From NCBI GenBank assembly GCA_024704765.1, contig JAKMXF010000043.1, forward strand, positions 1 through 54,392: 54,392 nucleotides of DNA, in the 5' to 3' direction. Origin of the DNA: Oopsacas minuta (lineage: Eukaryota; Animalia; Porifera). A model generated the notes under the pieces. It made no database searches. It was not told where the DNA came from and saw nothing but the letters and a program-made list of their open reading frames with translations. A program made the translations under genes and the position numbers. Shown here one piece after another: positions 11,842 through 25,028 of the stretch; position 1 is the stretch's first letter; the number at the start of each line of letters is the position of its first letter.

Positions 11842-12277
11842 TAGATATGCACCGGATATGAAAATTTCCCATCCGGCCAGATAAGATATCCGGCTTCTAA
11901 TTTTCCGGTTATCCTGCCGGATACCGGATACTTTTGTTAAATATTTGGGTACTCCACCTAGCTCAGTATATAGTGAAAATTATTTAGTAGTGCTGGGAAT
12001 TGTATTTGAAGAAAGACGCAACAAATTGTTACCTGAAAAAGGAGAGCATCTCCTCTTTATTCAGAAAAATTTAGGATTAATAGATTTCCATTATTAGTGT
12101 CTTGATAGGTTTGTTATAACAGTATATCTAGCGCTAGACATTTGAGTTTTTGTACGTAGATTACATCAAATCATGCATTTTGTCTATACATAGTATTATC
12201 CAGCCGGACCGGATATCCGTCATATCAATGAAATTGCCCGGATACCTGATAGAAACCGGATATCCGGTGCATCTCTA
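11842..12277. mobile_element. hAT MITE with 8-bp TSD and subterminal CCGGATA repeats
   Basis: 18-bp TIR TAGATATGCACCGGATAT / ATATCCGGTGCATCTCTA (1 mismatch). Perfect TSD CTAACTTC at 11834-11841 and 12278-12285. Confidence 0.92.
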
Positions 12278-12324
12278 CTAACTTCCCTGTTAATAATTCT
12301 AGCTAATTTGATCAACCTATTAAT

Positions 12325-12600
12325 ATGAGTACTATCAGATCTCAGAAACTCCAGAAGACTCTGGTACAGCCCATAAACGTAATATTCAGATTCTTACAAA
12401 CAAAGCAGCCTGTACAGGTCTGGCTATATGGTCAGATGTCTATGAGGATAGAGGGAATTATTGTTGGGTTTGATGAGTTTATGAATCTTGTACTTGACAA
12501 TGCTCTGGAGCGTCAGATGAAGACTAAAGAGATTAGAGAATTAGGACGGATACTACTGAGAGGTGACAACATTACTCTGCTACAAGCTGTAACTTCGTGA
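12325..12600 (+). CDS. SNRPE: Small nuclear ribonucleoprotein E (Sm-E), single coding exon, 91 aa
   Basis: [19 protein letters not shown]...QVWLY...[20 protein letters not shown]...[15 protein letters not shown] matches SmE over its full length. Confidence 0.97.
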   Translation: MSTIRSQKLQKTLVQPINVIFRFLQTKQPVQVWLYGQMSMRIEGIIVGFDEFMNLVLDNALERQMKTKEIRELGRILLRGDNITLLQAVTS

Positions 12601-13140
12601 CATCATAAGACTTTCATCAATAATTTATAAATTGCTAGACCACTTTTAGTTGTGAGAATTTTCTTTCATACCTCTTCATCATAACGCAATTTTATGAGAA
12701 GAGAAATATCTTAAAATACTCCTTCAGCTCATTACTAATATGCAAATTCGTTAGTAAATTCTGTCCAGTCAGATTGATGAGATAAGGACGGAGTTGCTAA
12801 CATATCTGTAGCTTCACAGTTATAACCTGATAAGAACGTGAAATTTCTTGGGTGTGTGTGCAGTATTCTTCTCCTAATATTTTCATTTTTTTAGAATTTG
12901 CCTTTATGGAGAATTGTTCAAAATTAAGTGATTTTTCTGTAGAATGCTAGAATTTCATTTATCACTTTTTTATATTTTGGAGGAATACAAACTAAATTTC
13001 GACTTTCGTTGAATTGCCTTTTTCAATTATCTAAAAATTTATGAGAGAAATTTGCACAACCTGTATCTTAATATACTTTAATCAAATGCTCTTACTACCG
13101 GCATTAGAATATCAGCTGATATCACATCTAATACTGACAG

Positions 13141-16100
13141 ATGACAGAAGCATCTCCTACCTTACCAGCAGACACTGAGCAAGTAGTTGTTAAAGCTGCA
13201 GAACACTTCTCAGCTGATCAGACTAAATGGGGAGAGGATATTTCTCCCAACAAGGATGGGACTCTCTTCAAGAAAGTATTACAAGAAGGAGAGGGAGCTG
13301 ACACACCTCTCAATGGAGACAAAGTGTATGTACATTATGAAGGAAGACGAATGGATCAGACACAATTTGATTCAAGCAAAGGAAGTCCAGCCCCTTTTGA
13401 AGTCAATATTGGATTAGGTAATACACTAATTCAATAGAGAAATGGATTGACCCGATCAAACGTATTGTTACCCATTACTTAATGTTTGAATGGACATATA
13501 AAGATGTTTGAATTGTATAGGTCAAGTTATTAAGGGATGGGATATTGGTATAGTAACCATGAAGAGAGGAGAGGTATGTCTGCTCACATGTCTCCCTGAG
13601 ATGGCATACGGAGGTGAAGAGTTCCAAGACACCATACCTCCTAACTCCACCCTACAATTCGAGATAGAGCTTATCTCTTGGCATGGCATGTATTGTACTA
13701 AAGATCCTGGAGGATACGAGGTTAATGTGTTGAAGAGTTTTATTAGAGAAGGTAGCAAGCACAGTGCAAAGATTAATGACTCAGCTGAAGTAACAGGTAT
13801 ATTACTATCTTATTCATGGTGAATACATTTATTTGAACTTAAGGAACATAGTTTTGTGAGAAACTATGTAGTATTAGATCCTAACAAGGGCTGAGGTTCT
13901 ATTGTAATTCATCGATTTCTAATTTCGGCTACATAGAGTAGCATAACATAACATTATGACTCCCTCACAATAATGTTGGAAGCGTGGGTGTAGTCGGGGG
14001 CCGAGGCCTAGCCCCCTCTCTAAATTATTTAATTTATTGATCCTACCAAGGAATAGTGGGAAATTGATTGATTTTGACAGGTTGCCCCCCCCCCCTAAAA
14101 ATTTGCAGGACCCTCAAAAATCTTGTTCTCTGCTACTCCCATGGTTGTAAGGCAACTACCAACCTGTCCAGTGTCCATAGGGCTATGTAATGTAATGTAA
14201 TGTAATGTAATGTAATGTAATGTCAAATTTCTAATGTAACACTTTTCCAACAAATGAATACTTAAATTACTTTGTGTCATTGACTCATTATAACCAATTT
14301 TGCTAATATATATAATCTTTGAACACAACTTGTAATATTTATACCTAGTTACTCTCCAGCTGTTTTATAAACTCATAGTCTTGTGTAAAATACCTCAGTT
14401 GTCTCAGTTCTCTAGAATCCTTGTTCTATATATTATGTTATGTATAAGCTCTATGTCTCTTTCCTTAAGTATCATTCTGTCATACTCCTCCTACTGTAGT
14501 TACGGATTTGTCTATTTTATGCACTTAGTTTGAGTATTTAATAGTTCATATTACCGGAAAATATAAAGATAAAGTATTCTTCAAGAAAGAAGATTTCACA
14601 TTCTCAATTGACGAATGTAAGTTTATCTTCTCTGCTATATTACATAAATTATATGTTAAAATACATGCTAGGTCTTGATCATAACATTCCACATGGTATT
14701 GAGTTTGGTATAAAGAAGATGAAGAAAGAAGAGATCAGTAAGGTGTATCTTCCTCCTAACTACGCGTTTGGAGATATAGGTAATGCTGAGCTAGGAATAC
14801 CCCCCAATGCGAGTCTAGTATACGAAATACAGCTGATCTCATTTATTAATGTTAGTTACATTATTAATATTTGTTTAAATAGATTAGAGGTTATTTCTAT
14901 TTCTTAGACACTACACATATATTCCATTATATGTTATCGAACATACTGAACTGATTCCGATTATGAATTTCATTATACACCAGAACGTCACAATTTTCTA
15001 AAAATCAGATCAAAGAAATTGAAAATTAGTAATATTCCAATTTTCCTGCGGAAATAGCCAGGATAATGGAATAATGGAATAATGGAATAACTGAGGATTT
15101 GTAGTCTGTTTATATTTTGATCTAACTAAAGCGAAATAAAGCGCTATTTCGGCTAAATTGATCAAATTACCAATGAAATCATAAATGAAACCTTAAAAAT
15201 AGAGAAATAAATCACTAAAATTCATAAATATAGTGTCAATACAAATTTTACCATAAACTGAATTAATTAATTAATTTGATATATATTAAAGTTAAGGATT
15301 GAGTTTGTATATTGTAAAATTGTGACGTATTGGAGTAAAATACAGGGTAGAATCGGAATCAGCATATTGGCTGGTACAGGATGCAATATATATAGAGTGT
15401 GAAGGAAAGATGATTTTTCAAATTTTGTTGTACAGTGGTGTAATTATATCTAATGTTATTAAATACTATTATTAATCTCTTAGCTACAAACATAACAAAT
15501 ATTTGTAATTATTACTTTAGTACTTGTCTGTACTTGTCTGTACTTGTCTGTACTTGTCTGTACTTGTCTGTACTTGTCTGTACTTGTCTGTACTTGTCTG
15601 TACTTGTCTGTACTTGTCTGTACTTGTCTATGCAAATTTATTACTTTCAAAATTGCCAACAGACTTATTTATGTTATTCGTTATTCGTTACCCTTTCAAG
15701 TTTAGTGGCTCCCTTCGATATTCGTTTGCCTAACAACATTGACTCAGCCACGCCGTGTAATATGACCTCCTGCCCTCAGGTTTTCATTTAGGGACGGGGG
15801 AGACATTCACCCTTGCCAAAATGTCTGGATGGAACGCTGGCCCTGTACATATACAACCCTCATTATGCCAACAGCTAAGTTACTTGTATTCTCGAACTTA
15901 TTTATTGTATAAATAATTTAGCTGAAGGAATCCTGGGAGTATGACAGTGTAGAAGAGAGGATAGAAGCTGCTACCAAATTCAAGGCTAGAGGTACAGCTC
16001 TCCTCATGGTAGGTTATATTACAACATGTATACACAATACCTGTTATGGTATATCATTTGACTAGAGTGATAAAATTGATCTTGCACTACAAAGCTACAA

Positions 16101-17745
16101 TAAAGGCTACACAATTGTAAAGATAGAGAATCTTGAAGAAGAAGAACGACCTGCTACTAAAGATATCCGTATAGCTCTACAGCTAAATATAAGTCTATGT
16201 CAAGCTAAGTTGTTAGACTTTAGTAATCAACACAGAACTTGTAGTCAGGTACCTATATTAAATTCTTATCCTGCGAATATGATACTCATGTCCACGGGTG
16301 TCGGTAATTTTGCCTGCTCTTTGGGTCACCCGGACGTCATGAGTCAGGGCCGTAAGCCCGTAACCTGATACTATAAACAGTGTTTTGACTCGTTGAGAGC
16401 TGGAAATTGAGAATTCAAAACACATTGTCGATTGAGTACGATGAAAGTTCGATAAAATATATTAAACAGCAAATATCCATTATTTGGTGTATCAGGATAA
16501 GTCCGAGTAGACCTCTCTCCGCCCAGAATTTCCGGGTGGTCGGGTGGTTTACGACGCCTATACTCATGTTGTGTCTATTATTGAGGATATGATACAATAA
16601 ACTTTATTTGTGTGTTTATTTTAGATTCTTGAGGAAGACAAAGACAACTTAAAAGCTCTATTTAGACGTGGGATGGTAATTACCTAAAATCACTATAATA
16701 CATACATACACTACTCTATCAAATGATATTCCTTATTTTATGCTAGTATGTATATCTGTAGGCGGGTATAGAGATTAATGAGTTCATGCAGTCCATAGCA
16801 GATTTCAATAGAGTTATAGAGTTAGATCCTGATAACAAAGGAGCTATTAAACTACTTGATCATGCTAAACATCATTTAAAAGGACAAGCTGAGAAAGAGA
16901 AGAAATTGTATGCGAGTATGTTTAGCAAAACATTTACAGATCCTACACAAGAGGAGGTATGTATTCACAATTGTATTGGAAATTTGGGATTGTATTATTC
17001 TGCATTGGACAACTATCAAACACATTCCTACCCCCCTGAAAATTATTTCTATTTCTATCATTTTGTCTGAAGTTGAACTCAATTCTATTCCCTATTAGAA
17101 TAGTTAGATTCTAGTCCATTGTTCTTTCTATCCTGTATCCTATATCGCAGATACAGTAAACTCCGGTTAATAGTTCATTTCGTCCTTCCGAGTAATCCAT
17201 TGGACTTGGTGCGGATCTTTATAAATACATTAATATATGTCTGATTGCAGTAACTGTTAGGTTTGAATACATTACACCAGAGCCTGGCTACATTTTTTGC
17301 CTCAGAAATTAATACTTTTGATATCTATGAGTATCCTTTTAAAAATATTATTTAATCCTATGAAATATTATCTAATCGTCAGAAGAGGAAGAATATAATG
17401 AAAAGGGTAAGGTGATAGTCTGACCTGCCGTAAAGGTTCCGCTGGCCCTGTCTATGCCCTATTCATTTCAAATGATCTGTAAATGAGATTGATAGGATAT
17501 AAAAATATACTCAAATACTGACTTACCCTAAGCCCACAACATCCTAAACCTGTACTTTACATGACTAGAGTAATCCTGAATTTAATCAAGCATTTATTAC
17601 ATTTCTTATACTAATATTATTTGAAATATGTAGCTTGATTGTGCTAATGCTTTTCTTTTAGCCGGCTGCGAATTCCAACACGGAACGATTAATGGAAACA
17701 GCAGACAACAATTCTGAACTTAAAGGTGATTCTATTGATGCTTAG
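13141..17745 (+). CDS. FKBP4: FKBP4/FKBP5-like immunophilin (2 FKBP domains + TPR), 9 exons, 467 aa
   Basis: Exons 13141-13417, 13521-13796, 14545-14616, 14672-14850, 15922-16008, 16066-16248, 16625-16675, 16762-16956, 17662-17745. All GT-AG, total 1404 nt. Motifs VYVHYEG, FDSS, VIKGWD, IPPNSTLQFEIEL, KESWE, LNISLC, KALFRRG, LYASMF. Confidence 0.93.
14186..14223. repeat. (TGTAA)n microsatellite, 7 full units, FKBP4 intron 2
   Basis: Read directly. Confidence 0.95.
15521..15630. repeat. (TACTTGTCTG)11 minisatellite, FKBP4 intron 4
   Basis: Ten perfect units plus one ending in A. Source of the CTCLYLSVLV ORFs in the track. Confidence 0.97.
16291..16560. mobile_element. Insertion flanked by an 8-10-bp direct repeat (hAT or Mutator-like), FKBP4 intron 6
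   Basis: (A)TACTCATG(T) at 16282-16291 and 16560-16569. Weak terminal similarity GGGTGTCGGTAA / TTTACGACGCCT. Confidence 0.55.
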
Positions 17746-18117
17746 CTCATTCCAAGAAATCTTTAGTTACTATGTAGAGTCGTCTGGCCACAATTATAGA
17801 TATTCCTAGTTTAGTTATTAATTGCATTATTGTCTAACTGCTAACTAGATAGTATAGATCGATTATTATTAAAGACGATTTTATATCTCTTGTCATGTAG
17901 TACAATGCTAGAACATTCTTGACATATATTATTGACTGATACGATACTCATAGCAGCAGGTATCAGTTACAATCAAGTAGCACATCTGAGCTTACATTAT
18001 TGTTACATTAGTTCTATGTAATGTAATGCTATTCACTTAAAATATGAATGGAACATTTGGTAGAGACAGTTCTCAATGTTCTTGCTATAGTTGTAGTAGT
18101 TTGTTTGGCTTCGTTGT

Positions 18118-21100
18118 ATGGTTGAGTTCTACGCTTGGGTGGACAGTCATCTGAGAACCATATGCGGACTCACACAGGAGACAACCTGTTGGCAGGTGGT
18201 GGAGGCGCTTTGCGAAGCCACTGGAAAGAAAGGCCAACATTTATTGTGGGAAGTATGGAGAGATTTTGGACGGCCAATCAGTCCTAGAGAGAGTGTAGTC
18301 TCCCTGATGCGTCAGTGGGGACAAGAGCTACCTACTGTGAGGTTTGTTCTTAAGCCCAAAGAGGCGGGTTCTGTTGTGAAGAGACACGCTCAGTCTAAGA
18401 AGCAGAAATTGTACTATTATACCGAGGAAAATAAGGTTAGCTATACTGTTATATTACTTTACAGCATTTATTATATTCTAATTTATTATTGGTCACCAGC
18501 TACCAAGGGTATTAACTTGGAATATCTTCCCCCCTATTTGTTTAAATATTTATTATTCTACATTGAATGACTCAAATTCCATAAGTAAGTACATTATTTG
18601 AAACTGGAATACATTTTGCCGAATTGACCTGTCACGAAATATTTGGTCCCCCCGGACCAAATATTTCAGGCCAACTCGGTCCGGCCGAACTTAATATTTC
18701 AGCTAGCCAAATATTTCAGCTAGCCAAATATTTCAGTGTTTTTTGGTTAGTAAAAAACTGAATTATTGGGTTTGCTTTTTGGTTTGGCCTCCTCCTCAAT
18801 CCCTCTGTTCTCCATTCTACAAAGCTATATGTAGCTATTAGCTCCAATGGGGGCAATGTTCAGAAATGATCTGGCATAAATTCGCATATCAAAATAGTTC
18901 AGCATTGGAGCCTGCAATTTATATTGTAAATCAAAACAGCAACTACGAGCCTGTTGTAGAACTCATGCGTACCAAATTTTCCTCTTTTGACATTGGTTCA
19001 GTTGGTGGTATTATTACAGTTTAGAATTGTCAGTGACAGAAATTCTCTAATTCTCTAGATTGACATCTTGTATTTGTAGATGCAAAATAGATAATTAATC
19101 ACTTAAGTATTGCCTTAAATATCTTCGTGTTCACATGTTAACACAAGTTCCAATCTATATACTAACTAGAAGTAAATCATTTACAAGTCCGAATTTGTCT
19201 GTTTTATTTACAATTTTCCATATCATAGAGAACAGAGGGATTGGGGAGGAGGTCAAACAAAAAAGCAAACCAAATAATTCAGTGTTTTACTGACCAAAAA
19301 CACTAAACTATTTGGTTAGCTGAAAATTTCACAAGTCCGGACAGAATTGGCCTGACATATTTGGTCCGGGCGGACCAAATATTTCGTGACAGACCAACGA
19401 TCTCAATCTACCCTTAGCTTCATCGTACATAAAATATAATATAATGTGTGTCGTACCTGCCAATCAATCCATAATTATTAAACACAGTTTTCCTCCTCTT
19501 CAATGCATATGCCTGTTTATTAGTGTCTGTAGTCTAGACTAATTATCACACTTAATATCTCGTCAGTAATTGTTTTAATTACTTACTTGATAATGTAGTA
19601 TAGTTGTTATTCTAAACTCTGAAGTATGAATGATTAAGTACGTAATTATCATATGTACGTGGGATATCTATCCTCCACACATTGTCTCCCGCCCAGGATA
19701 AGTCATCTAACTAATTGTGTCTGAACATAGCCAATGGTCTGAATAATATTAAAATGAAAGAGAATGGATATTGTTCAATCTAATTTGATGTTTGTTTGTT
19801 TGTTTGTCCGGTGTGGACGGATTTGGGTATTTGTCATTTCATATAGTTTGGAAATTTTGACTGATGGTGTGAAGGGGCGGCTGAATGCTGACCTCCTCAT
19901 CTATAGATCCTTTATACTGCCATGAAAGCGGAGGCATGTATCTTGGGGATTAGGGTTGGGGCCCCTGGCACTGGTCGGAGTGCTGGGAAGAGCCAGAATG
20001 TGGGAAGACTGACCGGAGTGATGTGAAACGGGATTTAGTACAATTATTACTCAATTGAACGTTCATTATAAGTAAATTTGACTATTATACATAAATACGT
20101 AATATGTATGGTATATTCTAAATCCGTTCTCACACTATTGAGTTAATCATATGTAAATTAATTATTCTTGTTATTCTAAATTAATATACAATAAATTCTT
20201 GTTATAACTGAAGTTTCTTTATATCCTACTTGGTTATAACGTGAGTTTACTGTATGTACTGTATTTTTAATATATTTGCTGTAGCTATACCGGATAATAA
20301 TTATACGATAGTTAATTAGCAATGTAATATAGGTAATAACTCATAAACCAAAGAGAAAGTTACACAAGTCCTACAGAAAGACTAATCCTAAGAATATTAT
20401 TATTAGAGAATGCCATCAGCTGAATTGTAGAATATTAGAAACTATGCACAGAATACGAGGGACTGAAAACAGCATGGATATTATTATAGAAAATAAGCTG
20501 AATACTTCAATAGAAGCTAGAATTGGAGAGATACAGACTATTGAGGATCGTATTTCTCTCAGACGGAGACAACTCAGATCTCTGAAAGAGGAGAATGTAG
20601 AATTGAGACAGAAGTACATAGAGAAGATTAGTTTAACTCAAGACCTTAAGAGAGAGAAGGATGCAGTAGAGGGCACAGCACAGGATCTATCAGTTAAGGT
20701 CACTGCTCTCACTAGCGAGCTGGCTACTAGATCTTCTGCTAGTGCAGTGTTTGATACGCAGGTAGTATAGATAGTTAATACAACTTATTTATCCATTACT
20801 CGTTATTCAATAGAGGTGGAATCGGGTTTGGTTTGTGGTACAGGACCGATGTACATGAGAATATGAGGGTTATTAATTTTTGGGTTGGTTCTGTTCATGC
20901 TCTGGATAGTTCCACTCCAGTTATACTATAATGTTAAGTTAATTGATTATACAGCATTACAGTAAATCCATTAAATAAGAAGAGTCATCGCAGCAGTGTT
21001 CGACAAATTCTGTGGGTTGATTGTGTATTTTAGCTTATTTATGCGAGGTGGTGGCTAAGTTAGCCACTGCAGAATTTCAATTTTGTCCAGCGCTGGATCA

Positions 21101-24100
21101 TCACAGACTGTAACATGATTATCTTACCTGGCTGCATCGCATACTCTCGTAGACTTTGCAAATGAGTTTCCCGGTTAGACATGTCCTTTTAATTGCCCCA
21201 TCCTACGCTATTTATAAGGTAATACTTTCAATTCACTTTGCCACACCTGTAATAATATTATATTATATTCTATCTCTAAGTGAGTAAGTACATACTTATC
21301 CTACATACATAATTAGCCGTAGTTGTAACGTATTATGAGCAGAGGAGTTTGTGAGATGATTGTTATAGTATAGTGTATCTTTTATTATCCATCTGTTAGT
21401 GTAGCAGATAAACCTATTGATGTAACTTGCAATCAATATTGTTAATTATATGGTTTATCAGGTACTGTGCCATCATGTAAGATCATAGATATTTCTAGTA
21501 TTCCTCTAGGTCTCTTAATTTTAACTAATCATGTGTATCTTTCGCGTTTTTGTATGAATATTGAATAGATATAGGCAATATCTATTATGTAGAGCAGAGG
21601 TTTAAAACATTTTGTCCCGAATGTGGACGAGAATCAGTGAAGTAGCTATGAAGCACGTGCTCTCCTCTTCTCCCTCGTCATGGATATTTATTACTAAATA
21701 CTTTAAAAAAATTATCCAATTTATATAATGCTATTAAGTCAGCTATATCATAATCTATTACAGTATAACAGTCCTTAGCTTCAAAACCTACTCTGCCTAA
21801 ACTGAACTTGTATTGTTGCGCTAATTGTGTTTTCCTCAATTTATTACGTTTGTTCACACTTCCTCACGCATTATTTCAATAATATCTTCGAGACTGGATT
21901 TCTGTCAGTTTAGTTGGGACATCTTTTGTAGAATTATTCATTAAAGCAATCAGTACAAGGGATTTAAGAGCTTCAGTTCGATTGACACCTAGTCACTGAT
22001 ATTTTAAATATCTCAACACAATGCAATATATTTATTGTGTTACCTGCCTAGACAATTGTATAAGTATAGTACCGTTCTGATTAAAATTTAAAACCAATTG
22101 TTGATACATCCAAGAATACTATAGTCTATTCCTGTTTAGAAATGAATTTATTGGTGAGGGAATAAAACCAGGACCAATGGTTCGATTTAAAGTTGTGAGC
22201 ACCTGGCTTAACACAAGGGATAATATGTACCAGAGATGGAACCGATCAGCTTTTTCATGACTCGACCCGACCCGACCGGCCGGTCGACCGGTCGACTGGT
22301 AACTTTGACTATACACTGCCTGACCAAAAGTATTGGAACACCCTGCCACTTGTGACACAAGTAGCACACGGCGAGAATATGTTGAATATTTTGTGGATAT
22401 AGCAGAAAGTAGAAAATCTCTTTTGCTCAAGGTTGATGAATGAATATTTATTCAAAAATGTATCAAATTTTTTAGTTATGGTCTAGTTTAATCGAACTGC
22501 TAAGTTGAAGTTTTTGGTCAATATGATTACAGTATCAAATTCAGATTTACCATATTCAGAAATTATGACCGGCCAGTCGAGATCTTCGACCGGTTGCATC
22601 TCTGATATGTACAATATAGATATGTAACTTGCTCCCATAATAATCAGTCATAAAAGCTAGCACAATAGCCTTATACTTTTCCTCGAATAGTCTTGTCACT
22701 AATTAAAAAGAGTAACTATTGACCATATATGGTGTCATTAAATTTTGGTTATAATATAGTTTAGTTATACTTCCATAATCTTCTTGTTATAATCTGAAAG
22801 TTGGGAATATGGCTTAGCATATGCGTTCATAGAAGTGTGATGGCATTCTGAGACAATGCATATAGTCTGTCTTTCTAGGCTATATCATGTTATAAATCAA
22901 ATATTTCCTAATAATCTCAATGACATTCTTGCTATAGCAATTAAATGGCTTTTGGCATGTAACACCAACTTCTCATTCCTAAAAATTAATGGAATTACTC
23001 GGCTGAGGTTTTTATTTAAGTTACATTGTTTGACTTCTATCTCTTGTTAACTACCGATATTAGTATACTATTAAATATTATTTTTACTTCCAGCTTAATT
23101 TACTGTGATAGAATCGTTAATGATCAAAACTCTAGCAATTCTCTCAGATATTTCCTGTCTCTGTGGAACTTTCTTGCACGTTAATTGATATCTTAATTGC
23201 CTGTTTGGATAATCTGGCTTGCTTGAAATTTGTTAATTATACAAAATATTTGTTTGTGATGAAAAGCCAATTTCATCTACCAAATATTTATGGCTGATTT
23301 GTTGTAGGTGAATGTATTTTGAATTTTCTCCAGGCATTATGATTACAGTCAACTCCTGTTATATCAGAGCCCAAGAGAAGGCGATAATTACTTCGATATT
23401 AGCGATGTACAGGTTGATTATATTCATATGGATTTCGGCCCAAATTGGTTTAATGATTGCTGAATATGCTTACAAACTCCCTATTCACATAGGCGTAGTT
23501 AGGACTGGCAAAGGGGATGGATACAAAGGTTGATTTTTGCAATACAATTATTATCAAATCAAACTTATTTAAGTTTATTTTTCTTTGCATAATTATGAAA
23601 AAAGTAATATCAAAATTCAAATTCTTAACTTAAATTGCAAGGCAAATTGTTAATTGTTAATTGTTAATTGTTCATTGTTAATTGTTCATTCCAGTTGCAA
23701 CGAAACTGTATTCACATAATTTACAACATGTTGATTAAAATCATTGATTATTTCACTTGAAAAAATCAAAAATCTTATTTTCATCTCTGCAGGCAACCCC
23801 ACTGGTACATACATCCTACACCCCCACAGTAACCCCAAAGAGGAAATCCTAGTTACACTTCTACCTATAAACCTTGAAGATCGAATTATTGAAATATGAC
23901 AATTCGTTAAGTAGGGAGACCCATATGTATGTAATTAATTAATCGTTTTGTATCACATGACCTCATGGAGATTGGTTATAATATTCATAAGCACCCACCC
24001 ATGCACCCATGAGAATTAGAATTTATCAACCAAAACTAGTTTAGTTAGCTGAATTTTAGGTGGACAGATTAGGTTGACAACATTACGTTACATAGCATAT

Positions 24101-25028
24101 TCATTAAGTCTAGTCAACTAGCCTAGACCTTGCATAGTATTTTGCATTACAATTTCTGAAATTTAATCCCATCCCGCAACATAAACTGTGTTGTTATCCA
24201 ACATATGTATAATCAGTTTATCTTAGTTTTGTCTAATATACATCCTCCTTATATTAGATTTATTGAAATGTATTCATACTTTTAATGACTAATACTGTTT
24301 AGTAGTTTATAATAAAGAGGATATTTTGGTGAATTATAATGAAAGATAGTATTCTATTTAACTCCTGGATTATCTTAAAATGACATAGACAGTAATGTTA
24401 GCTACGTATTTGGTCTCATTCTCTTATGATAACCGAATAGGTTGTTGTGGTAAAATATTATATTGAGTATGCTTCCCTTAGTTAGTCTCATGTATGTCCT
24501 ATATAGATATCAGACCTAGAGGAACAGCTGCACGCCCTGAAGTTACAATTGAAGGAAAAGTCTGAAACAGCTAGTAAGCTAGAGGACCAAGTAGCTAAGG
24601 TAGCTAGCAGTGACATATCTCTATTGGTTAGTGGTGATCTTACCCATATTTGTAATTTGCATAATTTAGTCCTTGTCAGATATCAGTTCAATTTACATTA
24701 ATTTGCACTTCGGTAGTGTTTACGTAGTTTCTTATACATTCCATTATCTCATTAGAAACCTAGTGCGAATCCAAATACTTTGATTTCATCTCAGCCTATC
24801 AGTTCTCAACACAAATCTCCACCTCGTTTCATAGACTCTGTCCATCTCTCTCACCTGGACACTCCAGAACTACCATCCTCTGCAGACTCCACTCCTTCTA
24901 CATACAGTGACTTCTCAGCTCAAGATCTACTCACATCTCTTAATGCACACATTCTATCTGATAAGTCTCCCATAGAAGCAGAGGGAGCTGCTTCTACTGA
25001 TGTTGAAGACTCAGATGATATAGTGTAG
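18118..25028 (+). CDS. RASSF8: N-terminal RASSF family protein (RASSF7-10/RASSF8-like): RA domain + coiled coil, 4 exons, 379 aa
   Basis: Exons 18118-18435, 20333-20761, 24507-24626, 24756-25028 (1140 nt). MVEFYAWVDSHLRTICGLTQETTCWQVVEAL...LLWEVWRD...QWGQE matches RASSF8 [30 protein letters not shown]. Exact paralogue uncertain. Confidence 0.85.
18626..19395. mobile_element. Foldback-like element with ~170-185-bp TIRs, RASSF intron 1
   Basis: 18626-18812 is the imperfect reverse complement of 19228-19395. Both start with CTGTCACGAAATATTTGGTCC. No clear TSD. Confidence 0.8.
19775..20039 (+). mobile_element. Possible second Helitron-like family with (TTTG)n
   Basis: A|TCTAATTTGATG(TTTG)nTCCGGTGTGGACGG ... 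AAACGGGATTTAG|T. Single copy, ends not certain. Confidence 0.3.
20960..23340 (-). pseudogene. Decayed multi-exon gene nested antisense in RASSF intron 2, family unassigned
   Basis: Several stop-poor minus-strand frames with plausible splice ends, e.g. QEIEVKQCNLNKNLSRVIPLIFRNEKLVLHAKSHLIAIARMSLRLLG and KTQLAQQYKFSLGRVGFEAKDCYTVIDYDIADLIALYKLDNFFKVFSNKYP. Removing MITE 22231-22604 plus one TSD restores a ~60-codon frame. Confidence 0.55.
22231..22604. mobile_element. hAT MITE with 8-bp TSD, carrying a Tc1-like terminus
   Basis: TIR CAGAGATGGAACCG / CGGTTGCATCTCTG. Perfect TSD ATATGTAC. Subterminal GACC(C/G)G repeats. Internal TA|CACTGCCTGACCAAAAGTATTGGAACACC at 22314 resembles a Tc1 TIR. Confidence 0.92.
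23346..23480. mobile_element. Partial MITE of the family at 30163-30305
   Basis: TA|CAGTCAACTCCTGTTATATCAGAGCCCAAG...GATAATTACTTCGATAT matches the left part of that copy. Confidence 0.55.

Noticed and set aside
15453-15791. Cys-rich ORFs in FKBP4 intron 4
   Set aside because: They come from the (TACTTGTCTG)11 repeat.
21119-21140. U1 snRNA-like 5' end ATCTTACCTGGC
   Set aside because: No U1 stem-loop I/II motifs or Sm site follow. It is just the reverse complement of CAG|GTAAG.
23312-23533. 73-aa ORF and protein-like frames on both strands
   Set aside because: Mostly inside a MITE (23346 onward) that matches the copy at 30163.
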